Assembly (NCBI GenBank): GCA_002269645.1
Contig: NIVC01001210.1
Coordinates: forward strand, 1 to 64,000
Origin: Macrostomum lignano
Taxonomy: Eukaryota
DNA: 64,000 nt
Direction: 5' to 3'
This document shows positions 16,396 through 40,191 of this stretch, piece after piece. Made by a program: the position numbers and the translations under genes. The notes beneath the pieces are model-generated. The model saw nothing but the letters and a program-made list of their open reading frames with translations, searched no databases and was not told the DNA's origin. How positions within the stretch are numbered: position 1 is the stretch's first letter; each line of letters starts with the position of its first letter.

Positions 16396-16663
16396 AGTTG
16401 TCTCAGACTTCGACAAGTTCCTCCCTTATAAAATTAAAGCATGGGTATCATTGCACTTGTGCACAGCTAGCTTAAGAGAAAAAAATAGACAAATCAGAAA
16501 CTTCTTTCTTGCTCGTGTTCAGACGGGAACAGACGGTGGGGTTGGAAATTCATTCGCCTATCGCTTAACAGAAACAGTGTATAAATAGAAAACTGGCTTG
16601 CATAGCAGCTACAGAAGAAATATCTAGTTATAGTTAACACTAACCGTGTCAATCAATAACAGA

Positions 16664-26604
<9,941 letters not shown>

Positions 26605-27929
26605 CTGGAAGAGTTGGTGCGATTATGCTTGAAATTTCAACAAAACACATGACAAGATGTTGTGCTGTTGAGGCAAACTGTTTTACCTGACAATTAAAGA
26701 CCCATGACTCAGTATATAAGCGTACTAGCTGTACTTTTTACACTTACCCGAATAACCCGATCTATAGCTTACTGTATTTATTTACTAAAAAAGAACTGAT
26801 TGTAACGTTTGATGATGATGTTCCAGTTTTGACATAATTAACCCATTGGTAACGCAACCTAAGATTAGTAAGTTTAATGGCTTTCTATATGGAAGTGTCG
26901 GTAGAAAACCTTCAGAAGTTAATTAAAAAGCTCAAGTGCGGGAAGAGCATCGGGAAAATGTCTGCTATTTCCAGTTCTGGTGCAGGTCTGGTAGTCTATA
27001 TATTGCTTTGTTGGGTCAAAGATGTTGTTCAAATGAGTGATCGGGTACATTACGAACGCCAATCCAAACATATAAATATTTTAGTAGCCAAACGCCAAAA
27101 CTGAAATCTCCTGGCCTTACTTCTCCGATCCCTAGCAAACAACTAACATTATTTTCATAAAGTTTCAATGCTTCGCGCAACTAGGCAAAATGTATTTGCA
27201 AAAACACTTTTTTAAATCATATCAGAATTTGATGGAGAATGAACGAGACCTATCTGATTCATTTAACTCCTGAGGTATTTAACATACTGCTTACAGTCAT
27301 CCTTGCTTATACATTCATATGTGCATCTACAAAATATTTTATGACGAGCACCTTGGAAAAGAAATCGAAAAAAAATATATTTAGCTAAAAATTCTTTCAA
27401 AGTACGCGAGCTTTTTCGTCTTCATTGCGGGCATTCCCATTTGAGGGAACTACGAAAAATGACGACGAAAATGGAGTTTTTTAGACTTTTGCAACCGCTA
27501 TACATACATGGTTACATGTACAATACACAGCGGTGTCGGAACATTTTTCAAAGTGGGGGGAGGCTATTGGTGGGAGGGCACATTGCATATACATTTTTGT
27601 AATCTAATGGCACCCTAACACTAGCTTTTATGTCAGTTTGCGACATTGTGTCAGCCAGGCCAATAATCAATTCTGCGTTGGAAGTCTGAAAATGCTCGAA
27701 TTTTCAACTGATTCAAACATTGCGCAACGGTACTGCACTATCAATTTATTTAGTAAATATCCCAAATGAATGAAATTTGCAAGGGCAAGACCAATCAGTT
27801 AATATTCTGGATCTCTTGGCTGCCTCCTTCAGTTCCTCTTGGCGCTGTCTCTTTATTCTTTTAGCTAACGGCATTTTAGTCATTTTTCTTGCAGCGCCAG
27901 CAGCGGTTTAAGTCTTGGGATGGTAGCAG

Positions 27930-29640
27930 ACTCGACAACACGAAAACAACAACAGAATACGCGTTTAGCATCACAGGGCGCGTTGGCACAACAGGTCGCT
28001 TGGACGGACCAGGCCGGCGCGATAATACAAAGCCGCGTTGGTCACTCGCTCGGAGCTGATCTTGAAGGCGACGCGCAGCAGGCCAGTGTGCGCCGGGTCA
28101 ACTTGTTGCTCGAGCGACTCCGTCAGCGTCCAGATCTCGACGTTGAACAGGCAGTACAGCAGGACGGTCTCGATCACCGCTTGGAACAACGCCGCCCTCT
28201 GGCGGTCAGGCAGGGCCTCGGACTGCAGGACAGCCCTCACAGAACGAAAGGCAGCCCATGCAAATCTTCGCGGACGCCGGGAACCAGACCACCGAGGTAG
28301 ACGAACTGCTGACAATGCGGGAACTCCATTTCCTGTCCTGCAGCGCCTCGGCACAAAATCTTTTTATCGCTGGGCGCCCTCGACAGTTAAGAGGACTGCA
28401 GCAGGGCGAGATCGTCAGCCTTGCCAAGTACGCTAAGCCGCCTCTTCTGTTTGTGTCGACCGAGACATCGCTGCAACGGAAAGCCGTCGTCGTTGGTACT
28501 GGTAGGAAGAGCGGTCCGCAGCACCCAGTCAAGCACCAGAACGAAGAGGAACGGCGCAAGCGTATCTCCCTGTCAAAGCACACCGGAGGATGTTATAATA
28601 ACTTTGAAGGCAAAGGCTGGCTTGTTGCACGAATTGGTTTGCTCTGCTGAGCTGAGAATTGCAGAGATACCGGAAAAGAAGTGCCCTTCCCAAGCAGAGT
28701 GGGAGGCACCTTAAGGAAGTATATTTGGGGTGGGTACGCCCCGAGCTTCGTAGAGGGAAGACATGAGTGGGACGCACATAGACAGTGGAGAGATACGGAC
28801 AATGGGGTGAGTCACACACAGACGGACAGACAGACAGCAGAGAGAGATGTTGGAACCAGACAGACACGCAGTGATTCAGACAAGGGGAAGGTGCATACGC
28901 AAAACACTAAGAGTTCATAATGTCCGTGGCACAAACGCCACAGATGTCTGAAAGAAGTCCGGTGTTGAAACAGCAGCTTTCGTATCACGGTACATCACCA
29001 TGGATGGCGGAAATCAGCTGCTCTGGCACGTTGTACGCACGGAGCATCTTTGGGAGCACAAACCTGACGACCGAGTCGAATGCCTTCTTGAAATCCATGA
29101 AGATAACAATCAGGATCGACTGGCGTGTCCGCGCCTCCTCGATGACTCGGTGAAGAGCCAGGATCTGGGTCACTGTGCCGCGATGGGGCGATGGGGCTGC
29201 GGAAAGCCGTTCTGCTCAGAATGCAGGTACGGATCCAGCACGGGCTGCAACCGCGATAGCAGCATCCGGTTGAACAGCTTCGCAGCGCAGGACTGAAGGC
29301 AGATACCTCGATGCTCCTCAAGCCTTGTGGTGCCGGGCTTTTTAGGAAATTGCGACGATGTGCGCCGTGGTCCATTCGTTGGGTGCCTTCTCACCGAAGA
29401 AGCTAGCACGCGATTCATCACTCTTGCGGGTACTGGCCACACAGTGGAGCAGCGCCTCGATGGGCACCTCGTGCGGAATCAGCGCTTTCCCACCCGGTGA
29501 CTGTTTTGGGCGAGCCTCACAACGTCGGCTGTGCTGACTGGCTCTAGGCTGAAGCTCTCCTCTGCTGGCAACCGCATCTCCGGCGGCAGCGTCAGACTGC
29601 CTGGCAGACTTGAAATGTCGATCAGAGACGCCAAACTAAA
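27930..29640 (-). mobile_element. Degenerate RTE-like LINE, RT region to 3' end
   Basis: FPKKPG...RGICLQSCAAKLFNRMLL, EQNGF, IFMDFKKAFDSV, catalytic motif decayed to KADDLALL (about 28411-28422), FVYLGG, ETVLLY; (GTT) tail about 27940. Confidence 0.85.
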
Positions 29641-30394
29641 AGCGCTAAACACTAGGCTTAGGCACATTAGATAAAAATTGTAGGAAATGAGATGCATGTA
29701 CATGTAGGAATGCACACTATACATGTGTAGCTCGTATACTAACACATGTACAAATTCGTATAATTTGTGTATGCGAAATGGTTTTGTTGCCTAAATTGTC
29801 TTATGTTCTATATAGTAGATGGTAAATCTTTCACAGTGCATTTTTCTGTCTAAGCTATAATTTTTCCGTCATAACTTGTCACGACTAATTAATATACTCG
29901 TATCTAGAGTTAAATCAGCTATAGGCTGTATTTATAATCAACTATGTGTGTATTATGTAAAAAAAATAAAAAAACCTTTTGGTGTTAAATAATTGTTGTT
30001 AAAGACTACTATCCAACAATAATTTGTTGATCTGCGCTACCACACGCTCAGTATTTCAAATATTTTTTCAAGGAAGCAACGAACGTGTAGCCTTTTGCTT
30101 TGCACGGCACAGTCAGCACTCAGCATCACAACACATGAGCTTAGACTACAGGCTCTAAGCCTGTCCGATATTAGTAGTAAGGTAATTTAGTCTGTATCAG
30201 GGACAGTATTAACTCTAGTTGTCATTTTATTTTTTGTCAAGAAAGCATCATACAAGCCAGGATCTAGTGCTAAACTAAAGTATTCAGCCGATCAGGATTC
30301 CTTTAATTTTTACTTGGAAAAGTTGGAGAAGCTTTAAAGTTTGAAATTTGTTAGAAAATACACCATATACACCTCATGTTATTGGTGCAATAAA

Positions 30395-33300
30395 ATGTCT
30401 CTGGAATCGAAAAGTACTCGAAATGGCAATGGTGTTTTAGCGAACTTGGAAAAGAATAAAAGCAAAAAGATCTATAAAATCATTGTCATTGGTGATTCCA
30501 ATGTTGGTAAAACGTGCCTTACCTATCGATTTTGTGAAGGAAAATTTCCAACAAGAACAGAGGCAACAATTGGCGTCGATTTTCGAGAAAAGACCCTCAA
30601 TATTGGTTGTCAAGAGATCAAGGTAATTTTTAAAAGTAACTTTTAGTCCTTTTAACTAAATGTCTATGTATAAAATGTTTATCAATAGAGCCTATTTTTT
30701 ATAGACCTTGACTTAACTTCCATGAAATACTAATTCTATTTTTAGAATTAGATATAAAGGAATAAAGGAATAAATTTTACTATGTGCTATGCATTATAAT
30801 CAATGCTATTATGTCAATCATTATCAAGATTGTTAAAAAAATTTATTTATTGTGAAATTAAATGGAAGGGCATGGCCTAATGCTCTAGTGTAATACTCTA
30901 ATATGCCATTAGCCTAGGCTTGATTTGCTTCTAAGTGCCATTATGTAATAAACTGGAGCTAAATTGGAATCTAAGTTAGGAAGTTTTGCTTATATAAATA
31001 ATGCTTTGAAAGGGCTATTCCCCAAGGCATAATAAAGTTTATATCCCTAATTATAAAATAAAGTTATTATTGTATACTCCTGTATGAGTATATGCCTATG
31101 CATATGATTATAAATATATTCAAATGCTTTTGTCTACTTATTGTAGTTGATTGAATGGGCAATAATGTATTATTGGTTATGTTGACACAATTCTAATTTA
31201 AGTGTTCTAGGGTATGCACAGCCTAAGGCAGACCTAGAAAATTTTTGAAGAGATAAGGCAAGCTATACCTATCATCTACTATTACTAAAACTGACACAAT
31301 GTTTGTCTATTTGTTTGTTGCAACTTTTTTCCTAGACTACTGACAACTCAGCGTCAAAACTTATGGGAAAATTGCAAATTTTCTTTAAGTGGCTATAGGC
31401 TATTTTAATTTTTAATTTTCACATTTTAAAATCTCTAAAAAGCAGCAAACAGCTTTTAACGTTCTTTGGCCCTTCTGTGGCCACTGCCTCTCTAGTGGAG
31501 GGGTTGCAGCCTATTTATAAAAAAAGCCACCCTAACCTTTGCCCACTGTGTATTGAGGGGATAGATGTACCTATTCCACATTCAAGGCAAATACCCCCCA
31601 TGTTGGGGTGCAATTAAAATAGAAGAGAGAGAGGGTAGAGGAGAGACAATAGATAAGTGAGTGGATATGAGATATGAAAGGGGAGAGATAAGAGAGAATA
31701 GAGGAGACAGGAGAGGGTACAAATGAAAGATAATGGAGAAAAGATAAATAAGGGAGGAGAGATGAGAGGAGAGAGAAAAGAGTAACAATGAGAGTGCAGA
31801 GAAGAGAGAAGAGACACAAGAGTCTGAGTCTGGACAATGGCAGCCAGTTTTTGCAAACAGGGAAATCAATGAATGGACTATGCTATGGTATTTGAAAGAT
31901 TTTGTAAAGAATTTGGAGATGATTTGAAAGATGGGGTTCAAGGCATGGAATTTTAGCTGATGGATGGATTTCAGGGAATGGAATTCCAGTGATGGGAGTT
32001 CTTTTCCTTTCTTATCCGAAAGAGGAGTTCCACTCATTGTTATCTAAATATTAGAAAATCTACATATATGTTATAGGCTAATAATGACCTATTTTTTGGC
32101 AATGGCTCATGGAAGGGGGCATAGTCTCATTGGCCCCTTTCTCTAGGTCTACCTTTGCATAGCCCTGTTCCTAATATTCAGTAAAAATTATAATGGTATA
32201 TCATAGTTTTGTTACTGTCCCAAATCTAAAGTCTGCTATGAAAATGATCCCTTATAATAAAACATTCAGAACTTGTTTCTGCAACAACTCTAAATTACTA
32301 AGAGCTTTATAACAAATAATAATAATAATAAATTATAGCAAAGGCAATAATAATTTCTATTGTTCCCTAATAAAATAATAAAGAAAATGTTAGAACTGTC
32401 TTTAAATGGTATGAAACCAAGGCCTACTATGTAGTCAAACTTGTTAATCTATTGACAAACTTAGATATTTTTCTTGCAGACCTGCACTGTAATTTCTATT
32501 GGATTCACCTGTTTGTGCAGTGCTTCTGAAGGCTATGCATGGCTGTTCAGGCCAAAGACTAGAAGGGGTTGCCACACACACCTTGCTGGTACCAATTTTT
32601 ATAGCTCAGAGAATAGAAGCTATGCAGAGTTAAATGTCTTGCTTAAAAACACAAATTGTTCTGAGTGAATCAAGAATCAAACCCTGACCTTTCATTTGTG
32701 AGTCTGGCGCTGTAACCACTAGGCTACAACCCTCTACTAGGCTACAACCCTCTACTAGGCTACAATTCTCCCTACTAGGCTACAACCCACTACTAGGCTA
32801 CAACCCTCTACTAGGCTACAATTCTCCCTACTAGGCTACAACCCTCTACTAGGCTACAATTCTCCCTACTAGGCTACAACCCACTACTAGGCCAGAACCC
32901 ACTACTAGGCTACAACCCTCTACTAGGCTATAACCCACTACTAGGCTACAACCCTACAACCCACTATTAGGCTACAACCCAATATTAGACTGCAACCCAC
33001 TACTAGGCTACAACCCTACAACCCACTACTAGGCTACAACCCTACAACCCACTATTAGGCTACAACTCACTACTAGGCTACAAGCCACTACTAGGCTACC
33101 ACCCACTACTAGGCCAGAACCCACTACTAGGCTACAATCCTCTACTAGGCTACAACTCACTACTAGGCTACAACTCACTACTAGGCTACAATCTACTATT
33201 AGGCTACAAGCCACTACTAGACTACAACCCTACAACCCACTATTAGGCTACAACCCACTATTAGGCTACAACCTACTACTAGGCTACAACCCTACAATCC

Positions 33301-35863
33301 ACTACTAGGCTACAACCCTACAACCCACTATTAGGCTACAACCCACTATTAGGCTACAACCTACTACTAGGCTACAACCCTACAATCCACTACTAGGCTA
33401 CAACCCTACAACCCACTATTAGGCTACAACCCACTATTAGGCTACAACCTACTACTAGGCTACAACCCTACAATCCACTACTAGGCTACAACCCTACAAC
33501 CCACTATTAGGCTACAACCCACTACTAGGCTACAACGCACTATTAGGTACAACCCACTGCTAGGCAACAACGCCTTCAAGATGAAGAACAAGAGACTGAT
33601 TTTCGCGAAAACACCTATGTTGAAAAACTGATTTCCTCTTTAGTAGGCCAGATTTCTATCCTTGATTTACAATACTTGGCATTGTTACTGAATTTTTCAT
33701 ATTACCCAATTTTCAGTAACATAATTTAATTCAAGAATAATTATGTCCCTTTCACCCTATAGTTTCTCCTATCAGCAAAGACAGTAATCGATCTGATAGA
33801 TCGCCCCCTCTCCTTTTTTAGTCGCTGTGCACGCTGTTCTTGCGTGGCAATGTCAGCTGCTGCTATTCAACTATATGAAAGCTATTGCCTAGACTCAGAT
33901 ATGGAAATATATCAATAAGAGTATAAAATAATTTGGGGAAAACATTTTCTAACTGGACTGGGAATAAAAGAGGAAAATATGTTCAGCGCGTGACACTTGA
34001 GAACTGGTGCTCAACTGGATTCCCTTGTCTAACTAATCTTTTTGTTCACTTTCTATTTTTAGCTCTAGTATGTATTTAATCAGACAGATTATTCTCAATA
34101 TCGTCCTTTCTGGCTTATAGCCTAAATGCTGGTGCATGCAGTCATGTAGAGCACGCGTGACTGCACTTTTATTTGCTGATTCGGAGAGGCCGGATTCGGC
34201 GATCCAGGGAGCGGAGACCCAGAGGCAGATTGAAATGTAGATCTACTAGTGCAAAAAAATGTTCAAACTGTCTTAATATTAATAAAACATTGACACAGGG
34301 ATCTTGACATAGAGGCAGATTCTCAAGGACTGAGGAAGCGGAGAGGCAGATTCTCAAGGACTGAGGGAGCGGAGAGGCAGATTCTCAAGGACTGAGGAAG
34401 CGGAGAGGCAGATTCTCAAGGACTGAGGGAGCGGAGAGGCAGATTCTCAAGGACTGAGGGAGCGGAGAGGCAGATTCTCAAGAACTGAGGAAGCGGAGAG
34501 GCAGATTCTCAAGGACTGAGGGAGCGGAGAGGCAGATTCTCAAGAACTGAGAGAGCGGAAAGGCAGATTCTCAAGCAGTGAGGGAGCGGAGAGGCAGATT
34601 CTCAAGGACTAATGGAGCGGAGAGGCAGATTCTCAAGGACTAATGGAGCGGAGATGCAGATTCTCAAGGACTGAGGGAGCGGAGAGGCAGATTCTCAAGG
34701 ACTAATGGAGCGGAGAGGCAGATTCTCAAGCAGTGAGGGAGCGGAGAGGCAGATTCTCAAGGACTAATGGAGCGGAGAGGCAGATTCTCAAGGACTAATG
34801 GAGCGGAGATGCAGATTCTCAAGGACTGAGGGAGCGGAGAGGCAGATTCTCAAGGACTAATGGAGCGGAGATGCAGATTCTCAAGGACTAATGGAGCGGA
34901 GATGCAGATTCTCAAGGACTGAGGGAGCGGAGAGGCAGATTCTCAAGGACTAATGGAGCGGAGAGGCAGATTCTCAAGCAGTGAGGGAGCGGAGAGGCAG
35001 ATTCTCAAGGACTGATGAAGCGGAGAGGCAGATTCTCAAGGACTAATATAGGCAGGATAAGAAGGAGAATGGGCTGATAAGCCGGCTTCATGTGTTACAA
35101 ATTTTTACATGCAGCAAATAGCATTTACCTTATGTAACACCCTCTACCACCCCTCCCGACAGCTCCAGCTGTGGGATACTGTAGGTCAGGAGCGCTTCCG
35201 CCAGTCAATGCTGCCGCACTATTATCGCAACGTGCACGCAGTTGTGTTCGTCTATGACGTCACTAAACTAACGTCCTTTAATAATCTTGGCGGCTGGCTG
35301 CGTGAATGCGATCAGCACTATTTGCCGCCCGAGGTGCCCCGGCTGCTTATTGGGAACAAGTGCGACGAGACGGCGCGTGTTAGCACTCAGGTGAGCTTAT
35401 ACCATCCAGTGCAGTTCCCTTAGGGAAGCTTTACCATCTGGTGCAGTTCCCTTAGGGAAGCTTTAACATCCAGTGCTTAAGCTGTACCATCCAGTGCAGT
35501 TCCTCATAGTAACTCATTACACGCAATAATCATGGGCCAATCCAGGCTGCTCAGCGCTTCGCCGACCAGCACAGCATGCCGGTATTTGAGACCAGCGCCA
35601 AAGACGACTCCCGGTCCGACCACGTTGAATCGATATTTTTAACCCTGGCCCACAAGCTTGTTACTAGCAGGCCGCTGATGACTCGCTCCTATAGCGAAGT
35701 GATGAACGATTCCAGCGTCAGTCTGCACAAGCATCGCAACGGTAGCGGCGGTCGTCGGCGAAGGTCAACGTCGGCGTCTGTCAATGGTCGAGGCGTGAAC
35801 GACACTTCGGCCTACTATGCGGTTAAATCGTCAGAAGAAGAAGAGGAATTCTGCGGTTGCTAA
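30395..35863 (+). CDS. RAB33: Ras-related protein Rab-33
   Basis: Exons 30395-30622, 35163-35390, 35546-35863. [71 protein letters not shown]; C-terminal CGC (CXC) prenylation motif. Confidence 0.93.
32490..32730 (+). mobile_element. SINE-like element 3' body (related sequence at 38930-39025)
   Basis: ctggtaccaattttatagct...gtcttgcttaaaaacacaaattgtt...gaatcaaaccc...taaccactaggctac, versus ctggcacccaatttacagct...gtcttgctcaagggcacaaattgtt at 38945-39020. Confidence 0.55.
32717..33560. repeat. Minisatellite of the actaggctacaaccc family in RAB33 intron 1
   Basis: Visible 18-25 bp units. Confidence 0.93.
34312..35045. repeat. 31-bp minisatellite (gaggcagattctcaaggactgagggagcgga) in RAB33 intron 1
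   Basis: Visible tandem units. Confidence 0.95.
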
Positions 35864-36059
35864 AATATATACTCGTTTTAGCCTACTTGACTAGTAGCAA
35901 TGACAATATTTTTTTCGCCAAAGTATTGGTATCTATCTAAAGGAGTATGAAATCTTGCTGCTTTTAATCTGTGCATTATTTATATGTTAGATGTATAAGG
36001 CCAAAGACAGTTTACTGTACGACTGTACTGTACGAGTCCTTTGGACGTTAGGCTTTTAA

Positions 36060-37830
36060 ATACACTATTAGATAGAATGATTGGGTCATACACTATTAGA
36101 TAGAATGTTTGGGTCATACACTATTAGATAGAATGATTGGGTCATACACTATTAGATAGAATGCTTGGGTCATACACTATTAGATAGAATGATTGGGTCA
36201 TACACTATTAGATAGAATGCTTGGGTCATACACTATTAGATAGAATGCTTGGGTCATACACTATTAGATAGAATGCTTGGGTCATACACTATTAGATAGA
36301 ATGATTGGGTCATACACTATTAGATAGAATGATTGGGTCATACACTATTAGATAGAATGCTTGGGTCATACACTATTAGATAGAATGATTGGGTCATACA
36401 CTATTAGATAGAATGATTGGGTCATACACTATTAGATAGAATGATTGGGTCATACACTATTAGATAGAATGCTTGGGTCATACACTATTAGATAGAATGA
36501 TTGGGTCATACACTATTAGATAGAATGCTTGGGTCATACACTATTAGATAGAATGCTTGGGTCATACACTATTAGATAGAATGCTTGGGTCATACACTAT
36601 TAGATAGAATGATTGTGTCATACACTATTAGATAGAATGATTGGGTCATACACTATTAGATAGAATGCTTGGGTCATACACTATTAGATAGAATGATTGG
36701 GTCATACACTATTAGATAGAATGATTGGGTCATACACTATTAGATAGAATGCTTGGGTCATACACTATTAGATAGAATGATTGTGTCATACACTATTAGA
36801 TAGAATGATTGGGTCATACACTATTAGATAGAATGCTTGGGTCATACACTATTAGATAGAATGATTGGGTCATACACTATTAGATAGAATGATTGGGTCA
36901 TACACTATTAGATAGAATGATTGGGTCATACACTATTAGATAGAATGCTTGGGTCATACACTATTAGATAGAATGATTGGGTCATACACTATTAGATAGA
37001 ATGCTTGGGTCATACACTATTAGATAGAATGCTTGGGTCATACACTATTAGATAGAATGATTGGGTCATACACTATTAGATAGAATGCTTGGGTCATACA
37101 CTATTAGATAGAATGATTGGGTCATACACTATTAGATAGAATGCTTGGGTCATACACTATTAGATAGAATGCTTGGGTCATACACTATTAGATAGAATGA
37201 TTGGGTCATACACTATTAGATAGAATGATTGGGTCATACACTATTAGATAGAATGATTGGGTCATACACTATTAGATAGAATGATTGGGTCATACACTAT
37301 TAGATAGAATGATTGGGTCATACACTATTAGATAGAATGATTGGGTCATACACTATTAGATAGAATGACTGGGTCATACACTATTAGATAGAATGATTGG
37401 GTCATACACTATTAGATAGAATGACTGGGTCATACACTATTAGATAGAATGATTGTGTCATACACTATTAGATAGAATGATTGGGTCATACACTATTAGA
37501 TAGAATGATTGGGTTATAGACTACTGGAACGAATGATTGGGCCATAAAGTATTAGATTGAATGATTTGACCACAGACTATTAGATAAAATAATTGAGCCA
37601 TCGACTATTAATTAGAATGATTGGGCATAAGCCTTAGACTATAGGATAAAGATTGAGCCATAGACTATTAAATAGAATAATTGGACCATAGACTATTGGA
37701 TAGAATGATTGGACCATAGACTATTGGATAGAATGATTGGACCATAGACTATTGGATAGAATGATTGGACCATAGACTATTGGATAGAATGATTGGAGCA
37801 TATACTATTGGATAGAATGATTTGCTATAG
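36060..37830. repeat. 28-bp satellite (catacactattagatagaatgattgggt) downstream of RAB33
   Basis: Period 28 (36061 to 36089); homogeneous to about 37510, then degenerate. Confidence 0.96.
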
Positions 37831-39024
37831 ACTAATTGATAGAGATAGGCTATTGCATACTATTGTATAGTGATTGGGCCAAAGACTTAAGAGTGTTTTA
37901 TAACTTTTGCCCGCTTATTATTGGTTGATTCAGTGTTAAAAAGTTCTGTACAGTTTCAGTTTCATTTCATTCTATAAGTATCAATGTTTATTCCATTAAA
38001 TTTTAACACGTTTTTTGTTTAAAATGAACTTGTAGCATCTGCTTGAATACTTCTGGTAGCATGATGTGCTTATTTTAGTCAGTAACATATCGGTTTCACC
38101 TTGAGCTTAGGAATGTCACCCAGTGTAAAATTGTCTTAAACTTGGCGAAAATCATGCTATTGTCACAATCCTTACTGACTATTCCATAGCGTCGTTTTTA
38201 TTTTAAAATTCAAGCAAACTTTATAAATTTTTTTCACTACTCGGTTCAAAATTGCTAATTAATTTGCGTATTTTACTGCATTTATAGCAATTTATATTTA
38301 TTCTCGTGCCTACTACTTATGGTCATTAGTAAATCAGTAGTAGACGCGTGTTTGCCCACTTATTTTCTATTGGTAATGCAGGTAATTCCTTGATCTATTT
38401 GCCTTTTGGAAATCCGGTTTTCTTCTTATCTTCCAGAGCTATCGTGTTGATTTTTTATGCTGCTGTTCCTTGTCAATTTTTTATTAATCCCCTTGTAAAT
38501 TCTTGTCGCTAATAAATTTTCTAATTCCCTTTTTTATTGTCTTTCTTCATATGTTGTTGTTTTACTGCATAAGTAAATACTAGTTCTGATTGGCAGTTCT
38601 TAGCAGCACCATTTTTTTCGTTTGTTCTTTTTTTCTCTATCGTTCACTATTGTTAATTAAACTGTTTAAATTGTTTAAAATCATTTTCAAGTACAGTTCG
38701 GCATTGACATTTTAAATAAAAAATCCGCTCGCATCTCTTTACAAGCAATTTTCCCTGCTAGCCTACTATAGAGTAGGCTTTGTAGTTTATTATTCTTTTG
38801 AGTCTCGTTGGATTGGTTAAGATTTAGTTAGTAACATAAAAGCAGCAACTGTAGCAGCACAAAAGATGCTGCTCTGAAGGCTGCGTACGGCTGTTCAGGA
38901 CAAAGTCTGGGGGGTCGCAACACACTCTCAGTTACTCCAGCTAATGCTGGCACCCAATTTACAGCTGGTTGAACTGAAGCATTGCAGAGTTGCGTGTCTT
39001 GCTCAAGGGCACAAATTGTTCGGA

Positions 39025-40060
39025 GGCTACAACCCCTCACTAGGCTACAGCCCCTCACTAGGCTACAGCCCCTCACTAGGCTACAGCCCTCACTAGGCTA
39101 CAGCCCCTCACTAGGCTACAGCCCCTCACTAGGCTACAACCCCTCACTAGGCTACAACCCCTCACTAGGCTACAACCCCTCACTAGGCTACAACCCCTCA
39201 CTAGGCTACAACCCCTCACTAGGCTACAACCCCTCACTAGGCTACAACCCCTCACTAGGCTACAGCCCCTCACTAGGCTACAGCCCCTCACTAGGCTACA
39301 GCCCCTCACTAGGCTACAACCCCTCACTAGGCTACAACCCCTCACTAGGCTGCAACCCCTCACTAGGCTGCAACCCCCTCACTAGGCTACAACCCCTCAC
39401 TAGGCTACAGCCCCTCACTAGGCTACAGCCCCTCACTAGGCTACAACCCCTCACTAGGCTACAGCCCCTCACTAGGCTACAGCCCCTCACTAGGCTACAG
39501 CCCCTCACTAGGCTACAACCCCTCACTAGGCTGCAACCCCCTCACTAGGCTACAACCCCTCACTAGGCTACAGCCCCTCACTAGGCTACAGCCCCTCACT
39601 AGGCTACAACCCCTCACTAGGCTACAGCCCCTCACTAGGATACAGCCCCTCACTAGGCTACAACCCCTCACTAGGCTACAATCCCTCACTAGGCTGCAAC
39701 CCCTCACTAGGCTACAACCCCTCACTAGGCTACAACCACTCACTAGGCTGCAACCCCTCACTAGGCTACAACCCCTTACTAGGCTTAAACCCCTCACTAG
39801 GCTTAAACCCCTCACTAGGCTTAAACTCCTCACTAGGCTACAACCCCTCACTAGGCTACAACCCCTCACTAGGCTACAGCCCCTCACAAGGCTACAGCCC
39901 CTCACTAGGCTACAGCCCCTCACTAGGCTACAGCCCCTCACTAGGCTACAGCCCCTCACTAGGCTACAGCCCCTCACTAGGCTACAACCCCTCACTAGGC
40001 TACAGCCCCTCACTAAGCTACAACCCCTCACTAGGCTGCAACCCCTCACTAGGCTACAAC
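39025..40060. repeat. 18-bp minisatellite (actaggctacaacccctc)
   Basis: Visible tandem units; source of the VRGCSL and LTRLQP ORFs. Confidence 0.96.
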
Positions 40061-40191
40061 CTCAATATACTCAGTTCTGAAAGTTCATCACATTGCTTTC
40101 TCTGACCGGAAGTCGAACCCGGGGCACGTCTGTACGAAAGCCGCAACTACAAGCTGTGAAGGGTCTCTGTGGGATCAATTTCTTTTGAAAT

